A DNA stretch of 64,000 nucleotides from an uncultured Chloroflexia bacterium (GCA_963829155.1 CAWHIA010000007.1:34288-98287), one strand, 5' to 3'; shown: positions 20,394 to 29,713, counted from the first letter of the stretch. The notes: generated from the sequence alone by a model not told the origin. Numbers and translations are program-made.

Positions 20394-21365
20394 CTAGGCT
20401 CCGCCCGCGATCGCCGCCTCGAGCTCGGCCACGGTCGGCATCCCCTCGCGGGCGCCGGCCTTGGTCACGGAGAGGCTGGCGGCGGCGACGGCGCGGCCGG
20501 CCGCGGTCTCGAGGTCCAGGCCTCCGGCCAGCCCCGCCGCGAGCGCCCCGTTGAGCGTGTCGCCCGCGCCCGTGGCGTCGACGGCGATCACCGCCGGCGA
20601 GGCGATGTCGAGCGTGGGTCCGTCGCGCCGGACCAGGACCGCCCCGGCCGCACCGAGCGAGACGAGGATCGCGTGGCCGACGCCCGGTCCTTCGCTGGTC
20701 GCGTCGAGCAGGGTGCGCGCGGCGCGGATCGGGTCCTCGACGCCGGTCGTCGTGCGCCCGGAGCGGCGCGCAGCGCCGGTCGCGAGGCTGGCGAGCTCGC
20801 CCCGGTTGGGCGTCAGGACGTCGGCGAGGGCGAGGATCGCGCGGTCGAGGCCGGACGCGGGCGCCGGGTTGAACACGGTGGTCGCGCCGCGCTCGCGGGC
20901 CAGGCCGAGGGCCGCGCGGGCGGGGCCGGTCGGGATCTCGTGGACGACGAGGACGACGTCGCCCGGCCCGGGCTCGAGGGCTCCGAGCGCGTCGCGGACC
21001 TGGGCCTCGGTCACGGCCGCGTTGGCCCCGGGCGCGACGGCGATCAGGTTCTCGCCGTTGGCGTCGACGAGGATCAGCGCGACCCCGGTCGCCTGCCCGT
21101 CGAGGCGGAAAACGGGCGAGGTGTCCACGCCTTGGCCGATCAGCGCCTCGAGCGCCTCGTCGCCGAACGTGTCGACGCCGAGCGCCGCGACGAGCGCGAC
21201 CTCTGCCCCGAGGCGAGCGGCCGCCACGGCCTGGTTGCCGCCCTTGCCGCCGTTGTATCGGCCGAACGTGCCGCCGAGCACGGTCTCGCCGGGCTCGGGC
21301 AGGCGCTCGGCGCGGACGACGAGGTCGACGTTGACCGATCCAACGACGATCACCCGCCCGCTCAC
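20394..21365 (-). CDS. rbsK: ribokinase (PfkB family)
   Basis: From GTG 21365: VVGSVNVDLV, GGKGGNQAVAA, and the C-terminal DATGAGDT anion-hole motif. Confidence 0.8.
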   Translation of the reverse strand: MSGRVIVVGSVNVDLVVRAERLPEPGETVLGGTFGRYNGGKGGNQAVAAARLGAEVALVAALGVDTFGDEALEALIGQGVDTSPVFRLDGQATGVALILVDANGENLIAVAPGANAAVTEAQVRDALGALEPGPGDVVLVVHEIPTGPARAALGLARERGATTVFNPAPASGLDRAILALADVLTPNRGELASLATGAARRSGRTTTGVEDPIRAARTLLDATSEGPGVGHAILVSLGAAGAVLVRRDGPTLDIASPAVIAVDATGAGDTLNGALAAGLAGGLDLETAAGRAVAAASLSVTKAGAREGMPTVAELEAAIAGGA

Positions 21366-21390
21366 GACGTCGCCCGCCGCGGCGACGGCG

Positions 21391-22212
21391 TCACGAACCG
21401 GTGACGAACTCGGCGCCGTCCACGCCGATGACCTCGCCGCTGATGAACCCGGTCCCCTCGCCCGACAGCGCGAGGATCGCGTTGGCAACGTCCTGCGTCG
21501 TGGTCATCCGGCCGGTCGGGTTGCGGCGCGTGGCCGCCTCGATGATCGCCCCCGATTCCGGGATCTTCATCAGCGCCGGCGTGAGGGTGACGCCCGCACG
21601 GATCGCGTTCGCTGTGACGCCCGTGTCGAGGCGCGCCAGCTCCATCGCCAGCTGGCGGATGTGCGACTCGAGCGCGGCCTTCGCCGACGAGACGACGCCG
21701 TAGCTGGGGACGACGCGCGACGACCCCTCGGACGTCATCGCGTAGATCTTCGAGCCGCGCTCGAGGAACCCGCCCCGCCACAGGTCCTGCACCCAGTAGA
21801 CGAGGCTGTTCGCCATCACGTCCTGCGTCATCTCCATCTTCTTGCGGTCGACGGCGCCCTTCGCGTCCTCGGCGAGGAACGGCACCAATGAGCCGAACGC
21901 CAGGGAGTGCATGACGACGCGGACGTAGGGGTGTCGGCCGTCGGCGCGCGCCTGCTCGAAGCGGGCGCCCAGCGCGGCGAGCGCGCCGGCGCGCTTCTCG
22001 TCGTCGGCCGCATTCATGTTGATGTACAACGACTCGGACCCGGCCGCGGCGATCTTCGACTTGATCTCCTCGACGTGCGCGAGGGCCGCTCGGAAGTCGA
22101 GATGGATGCCGCAGATCCGGTAGCCCGCCGCCGCGAGCGTCAGCGCCGTGGCCTCGCCCATCCCGGACGACGCGCCGAGGATCAGGGCCCATCGCTCGCG
22201 GTCGTCGGTCAT
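21391..22212 (-). CDS. SDR-family oxidoreductase with an enoyl-reductase-type Y-x6-K motif
   Basis: 273 aa with the dinucleotide motif LGASSGMG and YGVVSSAK (Y-x6-K, as in FabI/FabL-type reductases). Confidence 0.8.
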   Translation of the reverse strand: MTDDRERWALILGASSGMGEATALTLAAAGYRICGIHLDFRAALAHVEEIKSKIAAAGSESLYINMNAADDEKRAGALAALGARFEQARADGRHPYVRVVMHSLAFGSLVPFLAEDAKGAVDRKKMEMTQDVMANSLVYWVQDLWRGGFLERGSKIYAMTSEGSSRVVPSYGVVSSAKAALESHIRQLAMELARLDTGVTANAIRAGVTLTPALMKIPESGAIIEAATRRNPTGRMTTTQDVANAILALSGEGTGFISGEVIGVDGAEFVTGS

Positions 22213-22366
22213 TCGGTGCTCCTCGGGGCTGCTCGCGACCCGGTTCGGTGCGGCGGCCGGGTGGCGCCGAGTCTATCGTGTCGCCCCTCGCGGCCCGACG
22301 TCCGGCCCGCCCGATTCGGGCCACATCGCCGTGGCGCCGCCGGCCGCGAGACGCGATGCTGGGGCC

Positions 22367-23704
22367 GTGACGATCCACGGGTTCGAGAGCCTCACGCCGC
22401 AGGTGCTGCTGCTGATCGTCCCACTGGCGATCGTCCAGGTCGGGCTCCTGGTGCTCGCGATCGTCGACCTCCTCCGGGACGATCGCGCCGTCCGCGGCGG
22501 CAGCAAGGGCGTGTGGGCCGTCATCATCGTGTTCGTCAGCATGATCGGGCCGATCCTGTACTTCCTCGTCGGTCGCGAGGACGGCCCGGTCGAGCCGCAG
22601 ACGCCGGGTCCCGGCGCGATGCCGGGCTGGGGCAGCCCGCACGACCCACCGATCGTCGCCTCCGTCGCTCCGTCGCAGCGGCCCGTCGACCCGTCGCCGC
22701 CGCCCGTCGTCGACCCGCCGTACGCCGCGGGTCCGCGGCCCGACGCCAACCCGTCGGCGATCGTGATCGAGGAGCTGACCAAGCGCTACCCGGGCGGCAT
22801 CGTCGCCCTCGATTCGCTCACGATGACGGTCCCGGCCGGGTCGGTGTTCGGGCTGCTCGGCCCGAACGGGGCGGGGAAGACGACGACGCTGCGGCTGCTC
22901 GCCGGCCTCACTCGGGCGACCGGCGGGCGGGCGTTCATCGGCGGGGTGGCGGTCACGCCCGACGCCCTGGACGCGCGGCGCGGCCTCGGCTACCTCGAGC
23001 AGGATCCGCGGGCCTACGCCTGGATGACGGGCCGCGACCAGCTGCGCATGCTCGGCCGGCTCCATGGCCTTGACGGCCCGACGCTCGCGGGAGCGGTCGA
23101 CGACGCGCTCGGCCGCGTCGACCTGGCGGCCGCAGCCGACCGCCGCACTGGCTCCTACTCGGGCGGCATGCGGCAGCGGCTCGGGATCGCGGGCGCGCTG
23201 GTCCACGCCCCGCGCGTGGCGATCCTCGACGAGCCCGTGAGCTCCCTCGATCCCGAGGGCCGGCGCGACGTGCTCAACCTGATCGCCGGGCTGCGGGGCG
23301 AGATCACGGTGCTGTTCTCGACGCACGTCCTGGCCGACGTCGAGCGGATCTGCGACCGGGTCGGGATCCTGGCCCACGGCCGGCTCGTCGTCGAGGGCCC
23401 GCTGGCCGAGCTCCTCGAGCGCTACGCGCTGCCGGTCTACCGGATCGAGGCCGAGCCCGATCAGCGCGCCGGGCTGGACGCGCTCGCCGCGGAGCTGCGC
23501 AGGTTGAGCTGGGTCACCGGCGTCGCCGTCGAGCACGGGGTGGCCAGCGTCGCCGTCTCGGATCCGGATCGGGCCGGTCGCGAGATCCTCGGCGCGATCG
23601 CCTCGTCGGGGATCGGCGTGCTGTCCGTGGCCCGCGCCCGGCCCACCCTCGAGGACGTGTTCCTCCGCCTGACCGGCGACGGCGACGCGGGGGCCGCCGC
23701 GTGA
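22367..23704 (+). CDS. ABC transporter ATP-binding protein fused to an N-terminal PLDc_N-type two-TM domain
   Basis: Begins at GTG 22367 (an in-frame GTG at 22331 is also possible). The N-terminus IVDLLRDD...KGVWAVIIVFVSMIGPILYFLVGRE matches the cardiolipin-synthase N-terminal domain. A Pro-rich linker follows, then Walker A GPNGAGKTT, signature YSGGMRQR, Walker B ILDEP. Confidence 0.85.
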   Translation: MTIHGFESLTPQVLLLIVPLAIVQVGLLVLAIVDLLRDDRAVRGGSKGVWAVIIVFVSMIGPILYFLVGREDGPVEPQTPGPGAMPGWGSPHDPPIVASVAPSQRPVDPSPPPVVDPPYAAGPRPDANPSAIVIEELTKRYPGGIVALDSLTMTVPAGSVFGLLGPNGAGKTTTLRLLAGLTRATGGRAFIGGVAVTPDALDARRGLGYLEQDPRAYAWMTGRDQLRMLGRLHGLDGPTLAGAVDDALGRVDLAAAADRRTGSYSGGMRQRLGIAGALVHAPRVAILDEPVSSLDPEGRRDVLNLIAGLRGEITVLFSTHVLADVERICDRVGILAHGRLVVEGPLAELLERYALPVYRIEAEPDQRAGLDALAAELRRLSWVTGVAVEHGVASVAVSDPDRAGREILGAIASSGIGVLSVARARPTLEDVFLRLTGDGDAGAAA

Positions 23705-24471
23705 CGGGGTTCGCCGTCCTGCTCCGGAAGGAGCTCGCCGAGGCGTGGCAGACGCGGCGGCTCCCCGTCGTCGCCGGGCTGTTCATCGTGATCGGGATGA
23801 TCTCGCCGCTGACGGCGCGCTACCTGCGCGAGATCCTGCAGGCGGCCCTCGGCGACCAGCTGACCATCCCGATCCCGGCGCCGACGGCGGTCATGGCCGT
23901 CGAGCAACTGCAGAAGAACCTCGCCCAGCTCGGCGCGTTGGCCGCGATCGCGCTGGCGATGGGCAGCGTCGCCGGGGAGCTCGATCGGGGCACCGCGGCG
24001 CTCGTGCTCGCGCAGCCCGTGACGCGGGCGGCGTTCATCTCGGCCAAGCTCGCGGCCCTGGCCATCGTGCTGGGGATCTCGGTCGGCCTCGCGGCGATCA
24101 GCGCCTGGGTCTACACGGGCGTGCTGTTCGAACCCTTGCCGGTCGGCGGCTGGCTGGCGATGGCCGCCCTGTCGTGGCTCGCGTTGTGCGCCTGGGCGGC
24201 GCTGACGTTCCTGGCCTCGGCCGCGACGGGCTCGACGACGCTGGCCGCGGGCCTCGGCTTCGTCGCGCTCGTGGTGATCTCGCTCGGCGCCATCGTCCCG
24301 GCGCTCGACCGGCTGCTGCCGACCGGCCTGACGACCCCGGCGATCGTGCTCGCCTCGGGCGAGGCCGGCCTCAACGCGGGCGCCCTGGTCACCGCGATCG
24401 CCGGGACCGCTGTCCTGATCGCCGCGTGCCTGGGGGGCGCCATCCTCGCGTTCCGGCGGCGCGAGCTCTAG
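23701..24471 (+). CDS. ABC-2 type transporter permease
   Basis: 256 aa with 6 TM segments. GTGA overlap with the ATPase gene. Confidence 0.8.
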   Translation: MTGFAVLLRKELAEAWQTRRLPVVAGLFIVIGMISPLTARYLREILQAALGDQLTIPIPAPTAVMAVEQLQKNLAQLGALAAIALAMGSVAGELDRGTAALVLAQPVTRAAFISAKLAALAIVLGISVGLAAISAWVYTGVLFEPLPVGGWLAMAALSWLALCAWAALTFLASAATGSTTLAAGLGFVALVVISLGAIVPALDRLLPTGLTTPAIVLASGEAGLNAGALVTAIAGTAVLIAACLGGAILAFRRREL

Positions 24472-24479
24472 GAATCCGA

Positions 24480-24503
24480 AACGGCGCCCGATCGGGCGCC
24501 GTT
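24480..24503. terminator. bidirectional hairpin AACGGCGCCC-GATC-GGGCGCCGTT between convergent genes
   Basis: A perfect 24-nt palindrome 9 nt after the permease stop. A second hairpin GGCCCGC-GA-GCGGGCC (24524-24539) lies next to the rpmE stop. Confidence 0.5.
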
Positions 24504-24545
24504 CGTGGGTGGCGGTGCTGGCTGGCCCGCGAGCGGGCCGGGAGG

Positions 24546-24758
24546 TCAGGCGCGGGCCTGGCGCTCGAGGCGCTTCTGGAAGCGCTCGACCTGGCCGGCG
24601 GTGTCGATGATGTTCTGCTTGCCCGTGAAGAACGGATGGCAGTTGCTGCACACGTCGACGCGCAGCTCTTCGCGTGTGGAGCCGACTTCGAACTCGGTCC
24701 CGCACGAGCCGCAGTGGACCTTGGCCTGGAAATACTTGGGGTGGGTATCGCTCTTCAC
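24546..24758 (-). CDS. rpmE: 50S ribosomal protein L31 (Zn-ribbon type A)
   Basis: GTG 24758 preceded by GAAGGAG. Sequence VKSDTHPKYFQAKVHCGSCG...CSNCHPFFTGKQ. Confidence 0.9.
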   Translation of the reverse strand: MKSDTHPKYFQAKVHCGSCGTEFEVGSTREELRVDVCSNCHPFFTGKQNIIDTAGQVERFQKRLERQARA

Positions 24759-24825
24759 GAGTGCTCCTTCGACGCCGTCCGAACGGGTCTGGCCCGCCGG
24801 TGGTCGCCGCTGTGATTCCGGGCCG

Positions 24826-25107
24826 CTACGCCTTGGCGGCGATCGGCTCGGCCGCAACCGGGATGACCCGGATGCGCTTCTTGTTGCGGGTCGCGTGCTC
24901 GAAGCGCACCTTCCCGTCGACCGTCGCGAAGACGGTGTAGTCGCGGCCCAGGCCCGTGCCCTCGCCCGAGGCGAAGGTCATGCCGCGCTGGCGGACGATG
25001 ATCGACCCGGAGGTGACGAGCTGGCCGTCGCCGGCCTTGACGCCGAGCCGCTGGCCGGCGCTGTCGCGGCCGTTCTTGACGCTCGAGCCCGCCTTCTTGT
25101 GCGCCAT
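24826..25107 (-). CDS. rpmA: 50S ribosomal protein L27
   Basis: [24 protein letters not shown]... is the canonical L27 N-terminus. Confidence 0.95.
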   Translation of the reverse strand: MAHKKAGSSVKNGRDSAGQRLGVKAGDGQLVTSGSIIVRQRGMTFASGEGTGLGRDYTVFATVDGKVRFEHATRNKKRIRVIPVAAEPIAAKA

Positions 25108-25109
25108 CG

Positions 25110-25883
25110 CTACTCGTCCTTCTTCGTGCGCGAGCGCTTGGGCGCCGCATCGGTGGGGGCCTCGTCGGATGTCGCCTTGGCCTTGGCGGACGACGCCTTC
25201 GGCGCGGTCTCGGCCTTCGCCGTGTCGGCCTTCGCCGTGTCGGCCTTCGCCGTGTCGGCCTTGTCGGCCTTCGGGCTGGCGGCCTTCGTCGCCTTCGTCG
25301 CCTTCGCGGGCGCGGTCTTCGCCGACGCCGACTTCGTGTCGGCCTTCGCGGCGGCCGGCTTGGTGGCGGCCGCCTTGGGCGCGGCCTTGGCGGTCGACTT
25401 CGTGGCGGCCTTCGCCGCCTCGGCCTTCTCGGCCTTCTCGGCGCCGACCGCGAGCTTCGCGGCGAGGGCGGCGTCCTCGGCGGCCTGGCGGGCGGCGGCC
25501 GCCTCGACCTTCTGCCGCTCGGTCTTCTCGCGGTCCTTGGCCTTGCCCTCGGCCTCCGCCGCGCTCTTGCCGCCGAAGCGGATGTCCGCGATCCGGAGGA
25601 CGGTCAGCTCCTGGCGGTGACCCTTCTTGACCCGTCGGCGGGCCTTCGGGCGGTACTTGAACGCGATGACCTTGTCGCCGCGATCGCGCCGCAGCACCTC
25701 GGCCTCTACGGCCGCGCCGTCCACGACAGGCGTGCCGACGGCCGCTTCGGCCCCGTCGGCGACGAGGAGCACGCGCTCCAGCGTGATCGACTGGCCGGGC
25801 TCGACGTCGAGCAGCTCAACCTCGAGCTCGGTGCCGACCTCGACGCGGTACTGCTTCCCGCCGGTCTCGATGACTGCGTACAT
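25110..25883 (-). CDS. rplU: 50S ribosomal protein L21 with a C-terminal Ala/Lys-rich extension of about 150 aa
   Basis: [14 protein letters not shown]...[24 protein letters not shown] is the L21 core (about 105 aa). It is followed in the same frame by an A/K/T/E-rich tail containing (KADTA)x3. Confidence 0.9.
   Translation of the reverse strand: MYAVIETGGKQYRVEVGTELEVELLDVEPGQSITLERVLLVADGAEAAVGTPVVDGAAVEAEVLRRDRGDKVIAFKYRPKARRRVKKGHRQELTVLRIADIRFGGKSAAEAEGKAKDREKTERQKVEAAAARQAAEDAALAAKLAVGAEKAEKAEAAKAATKSTAKAAPKAAATKPAAAKADTKSASAKTAPAKATKATKAASPKADKADTAKADTAKADTAKAETAPKASSAKAKATSDEAPTDAAPKRSRTKKDE
25211..25255. repeat. three perfect tandem copies of a 15-bp unit (CGGCCTTCGCCGTGT) inside the rplU tail
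   Basis: Read directly from the sequence. It encodes KADTA repeats on the - strand, with degenerate copies on both sides. Confidence 0.9.
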
Positions 25884-26115
25884 GGGTCCTCGGAAGAACG
25901 TCGCGGCCGCGTGCGGCCCGCTGTCTGGACATGGAAAGACGCCTGCGACTCACGCTGGCGCGAACGGAGAGTGTAGGGCGGATGCTCGGACCTCGTCAAC
26001 GAACGGGACCGCGGGCAGACTCCCGCGGCTTATCTCACATGCTGTACGCCCCCGGCCAATCCCGTGTTCACCGGGCCGCCCTCCGCACCCGCCCAGCCCT
26101 CCGACGCTGTGTCAG

Positions 26116-26144
26116 TTGACACTTACGTTAGTACGCGCTAACGT
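26116..26144 (+). promoter_or_regulatory. promoter TTGACA-N17-TAACGT with embedded 7-6-7 inverted repeat ACGTTAG-TACGCG-CTAACGT (candidate ArsR operator)
   Basis: -35 at 26116-26121, inverted repeat at 26125-26144, and -10 as the right arm. The ATG of the ArsR gene is at 26152 (short or no leader). Confidence 0.5.
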
Positions 26145-26151
26145 CGCCATC

Positions 26152-26463
26152 ATGATCGACCAGACCTTCCGCGCCCTCGCGGAGCCACGCCGTCGGGAGA
26201 TCCTGGGCCTCCTCGCTGCGGACGAGATGGCGGCGGGGGCGATCGCCGCGCGGTTTGACGTGACGCGCCCGGCCGTGAGCCAGCACCTCGCCGTGTTGCG
26301 GGCCGCCGGGCTCGTCAGCGAGCGGCGCGACGGGACACGACGGCTCTACCGCGCTCGGCCAGCCGGGCTCGAACCGCTGCGCACGTGGCTCGGCCGGTTC
26401 TGGGACGACAGCCTCGAGCGGCTCCGCGTCGCCGCCGAGGCCGAGATGGAGGGCGACCGATGA
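26152..26463 (+). CDS. ArsR/SmtB-family transcriptional regulator
   Basis: 103 aa with FRALAEPRRREILGLL and the HTH AARFDVTRPAVSQHLAVLRAAGLV. Confidence 0.9.
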   Translation: MIDQTFRALAEPRRREILGLLAADEMAAGAIAARFDVTRPAVSQHLAVLRAAGLVSERRDGTRRLYRARPAGLEPLRTWLGRFWDDSLERLRVAAEAEMEGDR

Positions 26464-26918
26464 TCGAACCCACGCCGAACCCCGTCGCCGACGGACCAAG
26501 CGCGGACGGCACCATCGAACGCGACGTCCGGATCGCCGCCCCGCCGGCCGTCGTCTGGACCTTCTGGACCGACCCGGAGCGGATCGTTCGGTGGATGGGC
26601 CGGACCGCGACGGTCGACCCACGACCGGGCGGGCGGATCCGGATCGACTACGGCTCCGGCCACGTGATGCTGGGCGAGGTCGTCGAGCTCGATCCGCCAA
26701 GGCGCCTCGTGCTCACCTGGGGTTGGGAGGACCCCGCCGAGGCCGTTCAGGCCGGCGGCAGCCGGGTGGAGGTCGACCTGACGGCCGACGGCGACGGGAC
26801 GAGGCTTCGCCTGCGCCACTCAGGGCTTCCGGACGGCGAGGTCGACAGCCACGCCGAGGGCTGGGACTACTTCCTGGGGCGTCTCGCCGCGTCCGCGCCG
26901 GACGCAGCGCCGGCCTGA
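26460..26918 (+). CDS. SRPBCC (AHSA1/Aha1-like START-fold) protein
   Basis: ATGA overlap with the ArsR gene. Contains PAVVWTFWTDPERIVRWMG and LTWGWE motifs typical of activator-of-Hsp90-ATPase-homologue-like bacterial proteins. Confidence 0.85.
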   Translation: MIEPTPNPVADGPSADGTIERDVRIAAPPAVVWTFWTDPERIVRWMGRTATVDPRPGGRIRIDYGSGHVMLGEVVELDPPRRLVLTWGWEDPAEAVQAGGSRVEVDLTADGDGTRLRLRHSGLPDGEVDSHAEGWDYFLGRLAASAPDAAPA

Positions 26919-27689
26919 CCGCGCCGCGGCTGCGGCGGGCGCGTCGCCGACCGGGGCGTCTCGGGAGGGCGCTCCGCGAGGAGCAGTCGCGTGCGGACCA
27001 CCGACGCGTCCGCGAGCGACGCCCCGGAACGCTCGCCGAGCTCGGCCAGGACCTCGTCCGGCGCGGCCGATGCCCTTCTCGGGGTCATGGCGGAGCACCA
27101 TGACCAGGTCGATCGCGCCGTCCGGACCGGGTTCGACGGCCAGCGTCTCGATGAACGGCCGCAGGTCGTACGCCACCGTGCGCTCGCCCCGCTGGCGCTC
27201 GCGACGCAGCTCGGGTGAGGCAACGATCGCGGCCACGGCCGCCTCGATCGCCGCGGCGTCGGTCGCCGAACCCGACAGGCGGGCGCGGTACACCGAGGCG
27301 ACGACCTGACCCGGCAGCGCCGGTTCGCCGAGCCAGACGTCGTACAGGTCGACGAGCGTCGATCCGGCCGGGAGCGATTCCACGAGCGCTGCACGGACGA
27401 TCCAGCGAGCCCGACGTTCCACGAGCCACAGGTCGGCGAGCTCGGCCTCGCCGGGGACCCCCGGGGCGAGCGGGGCGGCGACGGCAAAGCGCGGGCGTCC
27501 GTTCTCGGCGTCGAGGCCTGCGAGCGGCAGCCCGGACCCGCGGAGTGCAGCCTCCCACGCCGCGAGCTGCTCCTTCTGGACCTGATCCGCATCGAGGGCG
27601 TCGCGGTGCAGGACGAGCCGCCAACGTTGGACCGGCTCGCGCGACGGGACCGCGGGGTGACGGACGGGGGGTTCGGCGTGCTCGGGCAC
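26867..27689 (-). pseudogene. DUF2344 (radical-SAM-linked protein, TIGR03936-like), one frame break
   Basis: From GTG 27689: ...WEAALRGSGLPLAGL...PRFAVAAPLAPGVPGEAELADLWL...VLRHDPEKGIG. The sequence then continues in the frame of ORF 26867..27736 (RPDEVLAELGERSG...). The break is near 27060-27066 and the 3' end is uncertain. Confidence 0.7.
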
Positions 27690-27756
27690 GGTGCTAGTCT
27701 GCCGGGGATGTCAGCCTCCCGCCGACGCCGTCCCATGCGGAGCGCATGAGCCGCCC

Positions 27757-28506
27757 GTGAGCGTCCCCGATCCGTACAAGACCCTCCAGGTCGACTCCGA
27801 GGCGGAGTTCGAGGTGATCGAGGCGGCCTATCGGCGACTGGCGCGGAAGTACCACCCTGACGTGTCGCCCGATCCCGAGTCGCAGGAGCGCATGGTCAGG
27901 ATCAACCAGGCCTGGGAGCTGCTGCGGGACCCCGTGAAGCGGGCGGCCGTCGACCGGGCCCGGACACGAAATGCCGGATCGGCCGCGCGCGTCGCAGCCG
28001 CGGATGCCCGGGCGCAGGCCACGGCCGGGCACCCGGTGACGCCTCCCGGCACGACCTACAACCCGGACAACCGGTACCGGCCGGACGCCGCTCCGCGGCC
28101 GGCTCCGGCGCCCGCCGCTCCAGCCCAGGCCGCCGCCTCCTCGTCCGGCGGGGCCGGGGCGCCACCGCGCCCGCAGCCGCAGGTCGTGTCAACCGAGTGG
28201 ACGTCGGGTCGCTCCAACGCGGGCGGTGGCTTCGACCCGACGACGATGGCGACGACGCAGGGGGTCGGCAGCGCCGGCCCGCCGCCGGGCAACCCGTCCG
28301 GGAGCGTGCTCAACTTCGGACGCTACCTCGGCTGGTCCCTCGGCGAGATCGCCCGCTACGACCTCGAGTACATCGAATGGCTCGATCGCACGCCGATCGG
28401 GCGGATCTACCAGGTCGAGCTCGATGACCTTCTGCGGACCCACGGACGGCGGGTCAGCGCACCGCCGGCAAACGACAAGACCCGTGGACTGTTCCGCCGC
28501 CGCTGA
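27757..28506 (+). CDS. J-domain protein with a Pro/Ala-rich linker and a DUF3820-like C-terminal domain
   Basis: From GTG 27757: DPYKTLQV...YRRLARKYHPD (HPD motif). The C-terminus is FGRYLGWSLGEIARYDLEYIEWL. The upstream part of ORF 27691.. has poor GC3. Confidence 0.8.
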   Translation: MSVPDPYKTLQVDSEAEFEVIEAAYRRLARKYHPDVSPDPESQERMVRINQAWELLRDPVKRAAVDRARTRNAGSAARVAAADARAQATAGHPVTPPGTTYNPDNRYRPDAAPRPAPAPAAPAQAAASSSGGAGAPPRPQPQVVSTEWTSGRSNAGGGFDPTTMATTQGVGSAGPPPGNPSGSVLNFGRYLGWSLGEIARYDLEYIEWLDRTPIGRIYQVELDDLLRTHGRRVSAPPANDKTRGLFRRR

Positions 28507-28552
28507 GCGAGACCGCCGGGCTCGCGGGCGCGCCGAACAAGGTGAATGGCCG

Positions 28553-29713
28553 CTACCACTCGGCCTTTTGTTGCCGGATGTTCACGCTCTGCATCACGCC
28601 CAGGCCGATCGCGATGCTCACGAGCGATGCCCCACCGTGGCTGATGAACGGCAGCGGGATGCCGGTCACGGGCAGCAGCCCGATCACCATGCCGACGTTC
28701 ACGAACACCTGGAACAGCAGCATCGTCGCGAGGCCGGCCCCGAACAGCGTGCCGAACGGGTCCTTCGAACGCCAGGCGCACGACAGGATCCGCCAGATCA
28801 GCGCGGCGAACAGCAGGAAGACCACGAGGGCCCCGATGAAGCCCAGCTCCTGCGCCAGGACCGCGAACACGAAGTCGCTCTCCTGCACCGGCAGGAAGTC
28901 GCCCCGTGACTGCGTCCCGTTGGTGAGGCCGGTGCCGAGCAGCCCGCCCGACCCGACCGTGATCTGCGACTGCTGCACCTGCCAGCCCGAGCCCTGGGTG
29001 TCGGCGCTCTGGCTGAAGAACGACAGGATCCGGTCCTTCTGGTAGTCGCGCAGGATGTAGCTCCAGGACAGGAGCACGGCGATCCCGAGCCCGACCGCCA
29101 TCGCGATCAGCCAGCGCAGGCTCGCCCCGGACATGAACAGCATCCCGGCGAGGATCGCCACCAGGACGAGCGACGAGCCCAGGTCGGGCTGCGCCATGAC
29201 CAGGATCACCGCCGGGCCCATGAGCAGGCACGCGCCCAGGACAGAGCCGAGGGAGTCCAGGCGCCCCTCGCGGTTGCCGAGGTACACGGCCAGCACCGTG
29301 ATCATCAGGATCTTGGCGAGCTCGGAGAACTGGAACGTCAGCGGGCCGACCGAGACCCAGCGCGCCGAGCCACCCACGCCATCGCCGATGACGAGGGTGA
29401 GCACGAGCAGCCCGAGGTTGACGACGTAGATCGGCCAGACCAGCGTCTTGAGCCAGCGATAGTCGAAGGCCGTGGCCGCGATGAACACGACGATCGCCAG
29501 GCCGGACCACATGAGGGCCCGCGAGAAGACCGTGCCGTTGTCCATGATCGACTGGCCGGCCTCGACGCTGTTCGTGTAGGCCATGACCAGCCCGAACACG
29601 CCCAGCAGGGCCGCGTAGGTCGTGAGCTGCAGGTCGTAGGCGCGCCAGACCGCCCCGACGGACTGTGCGGTCACATCGGCGAAGCGGCTTGGCTCGGCCC
29701 GCATCACGCGCAT
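28553..29713 (-). CDS. rodA: rod-shape-determining SEDS glycosyltransferase RodA (FtsW/RodA/SpoVE family)
   Basis: 386 aa with about 10 TM segments and the conserved C-terminal region GLLPVTGIPLPFISHGGASL. Confidence 0.9.
   Translation of the reverse strand: MRVMRAEPSRFADVTAQSVGAVWRAYDLQLTTYAALLGVFGLVMAYTNSVEAGQSIMDNGTVFSRALMWSGLAIVVFIAATAFDYRWLKTLVWPIYVVNLGLLVLTLVIGDGVGGSARWVSVGPLTFQFSELAKILMITVLAVYLGNREGRLDSLGSVLGACLLMGPAVILVMAQPDLGSSLVLVAILAGMLFMSGASLRWLIAMAVGLGIAVLLSWSYILRDYQKDRILSFFSQSADTQGSGWQVQQSQITVGSGGLLGTGLTNGTQSRGDFLPVQESDFVFAVLAQELGFIGALVVFLLFAALIWRILSCAWRSKDPFGTLFGAGLATMLLFQVFVNVGMVIGLLPVTGIPLPFISHGGASLVSIAIGLGVMQSVNIRQQKAEW

Noticed and set aside
22148-22366. N-terminal 73 residues of ORF 22148..23704, which would extend the ABC ATPase
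   Set aside because: This part overlaps the 5' end of the - strand SDR gene and is Arg/Pro-rich with no membrane or ATPase features. In-frame GTGs at 22331 and 22367 lie just before the PLDc_N helices.
25884-26115. A ribosomal-protein L21 leader or RNase-E-type regulatory RNA upstream of rplU
   Set aside because: A 7-bp hairpin (CCGCGGG-cagact-CCCGCGG at about 26010-26029) is visible, but I cannot match the region to any leader family by eye. It is left unannotated.
27691-27756. Cys-containing N-terminal extension (MLVCRGCQPP…) of the J-domain ORF as a zinc finger
   Set aside because: Third-position GC drops markedly in these 22 codons compared with the rest of the gene. The J-domain begins right after GTG 27757, so the stretch is more likely 5' UTR.
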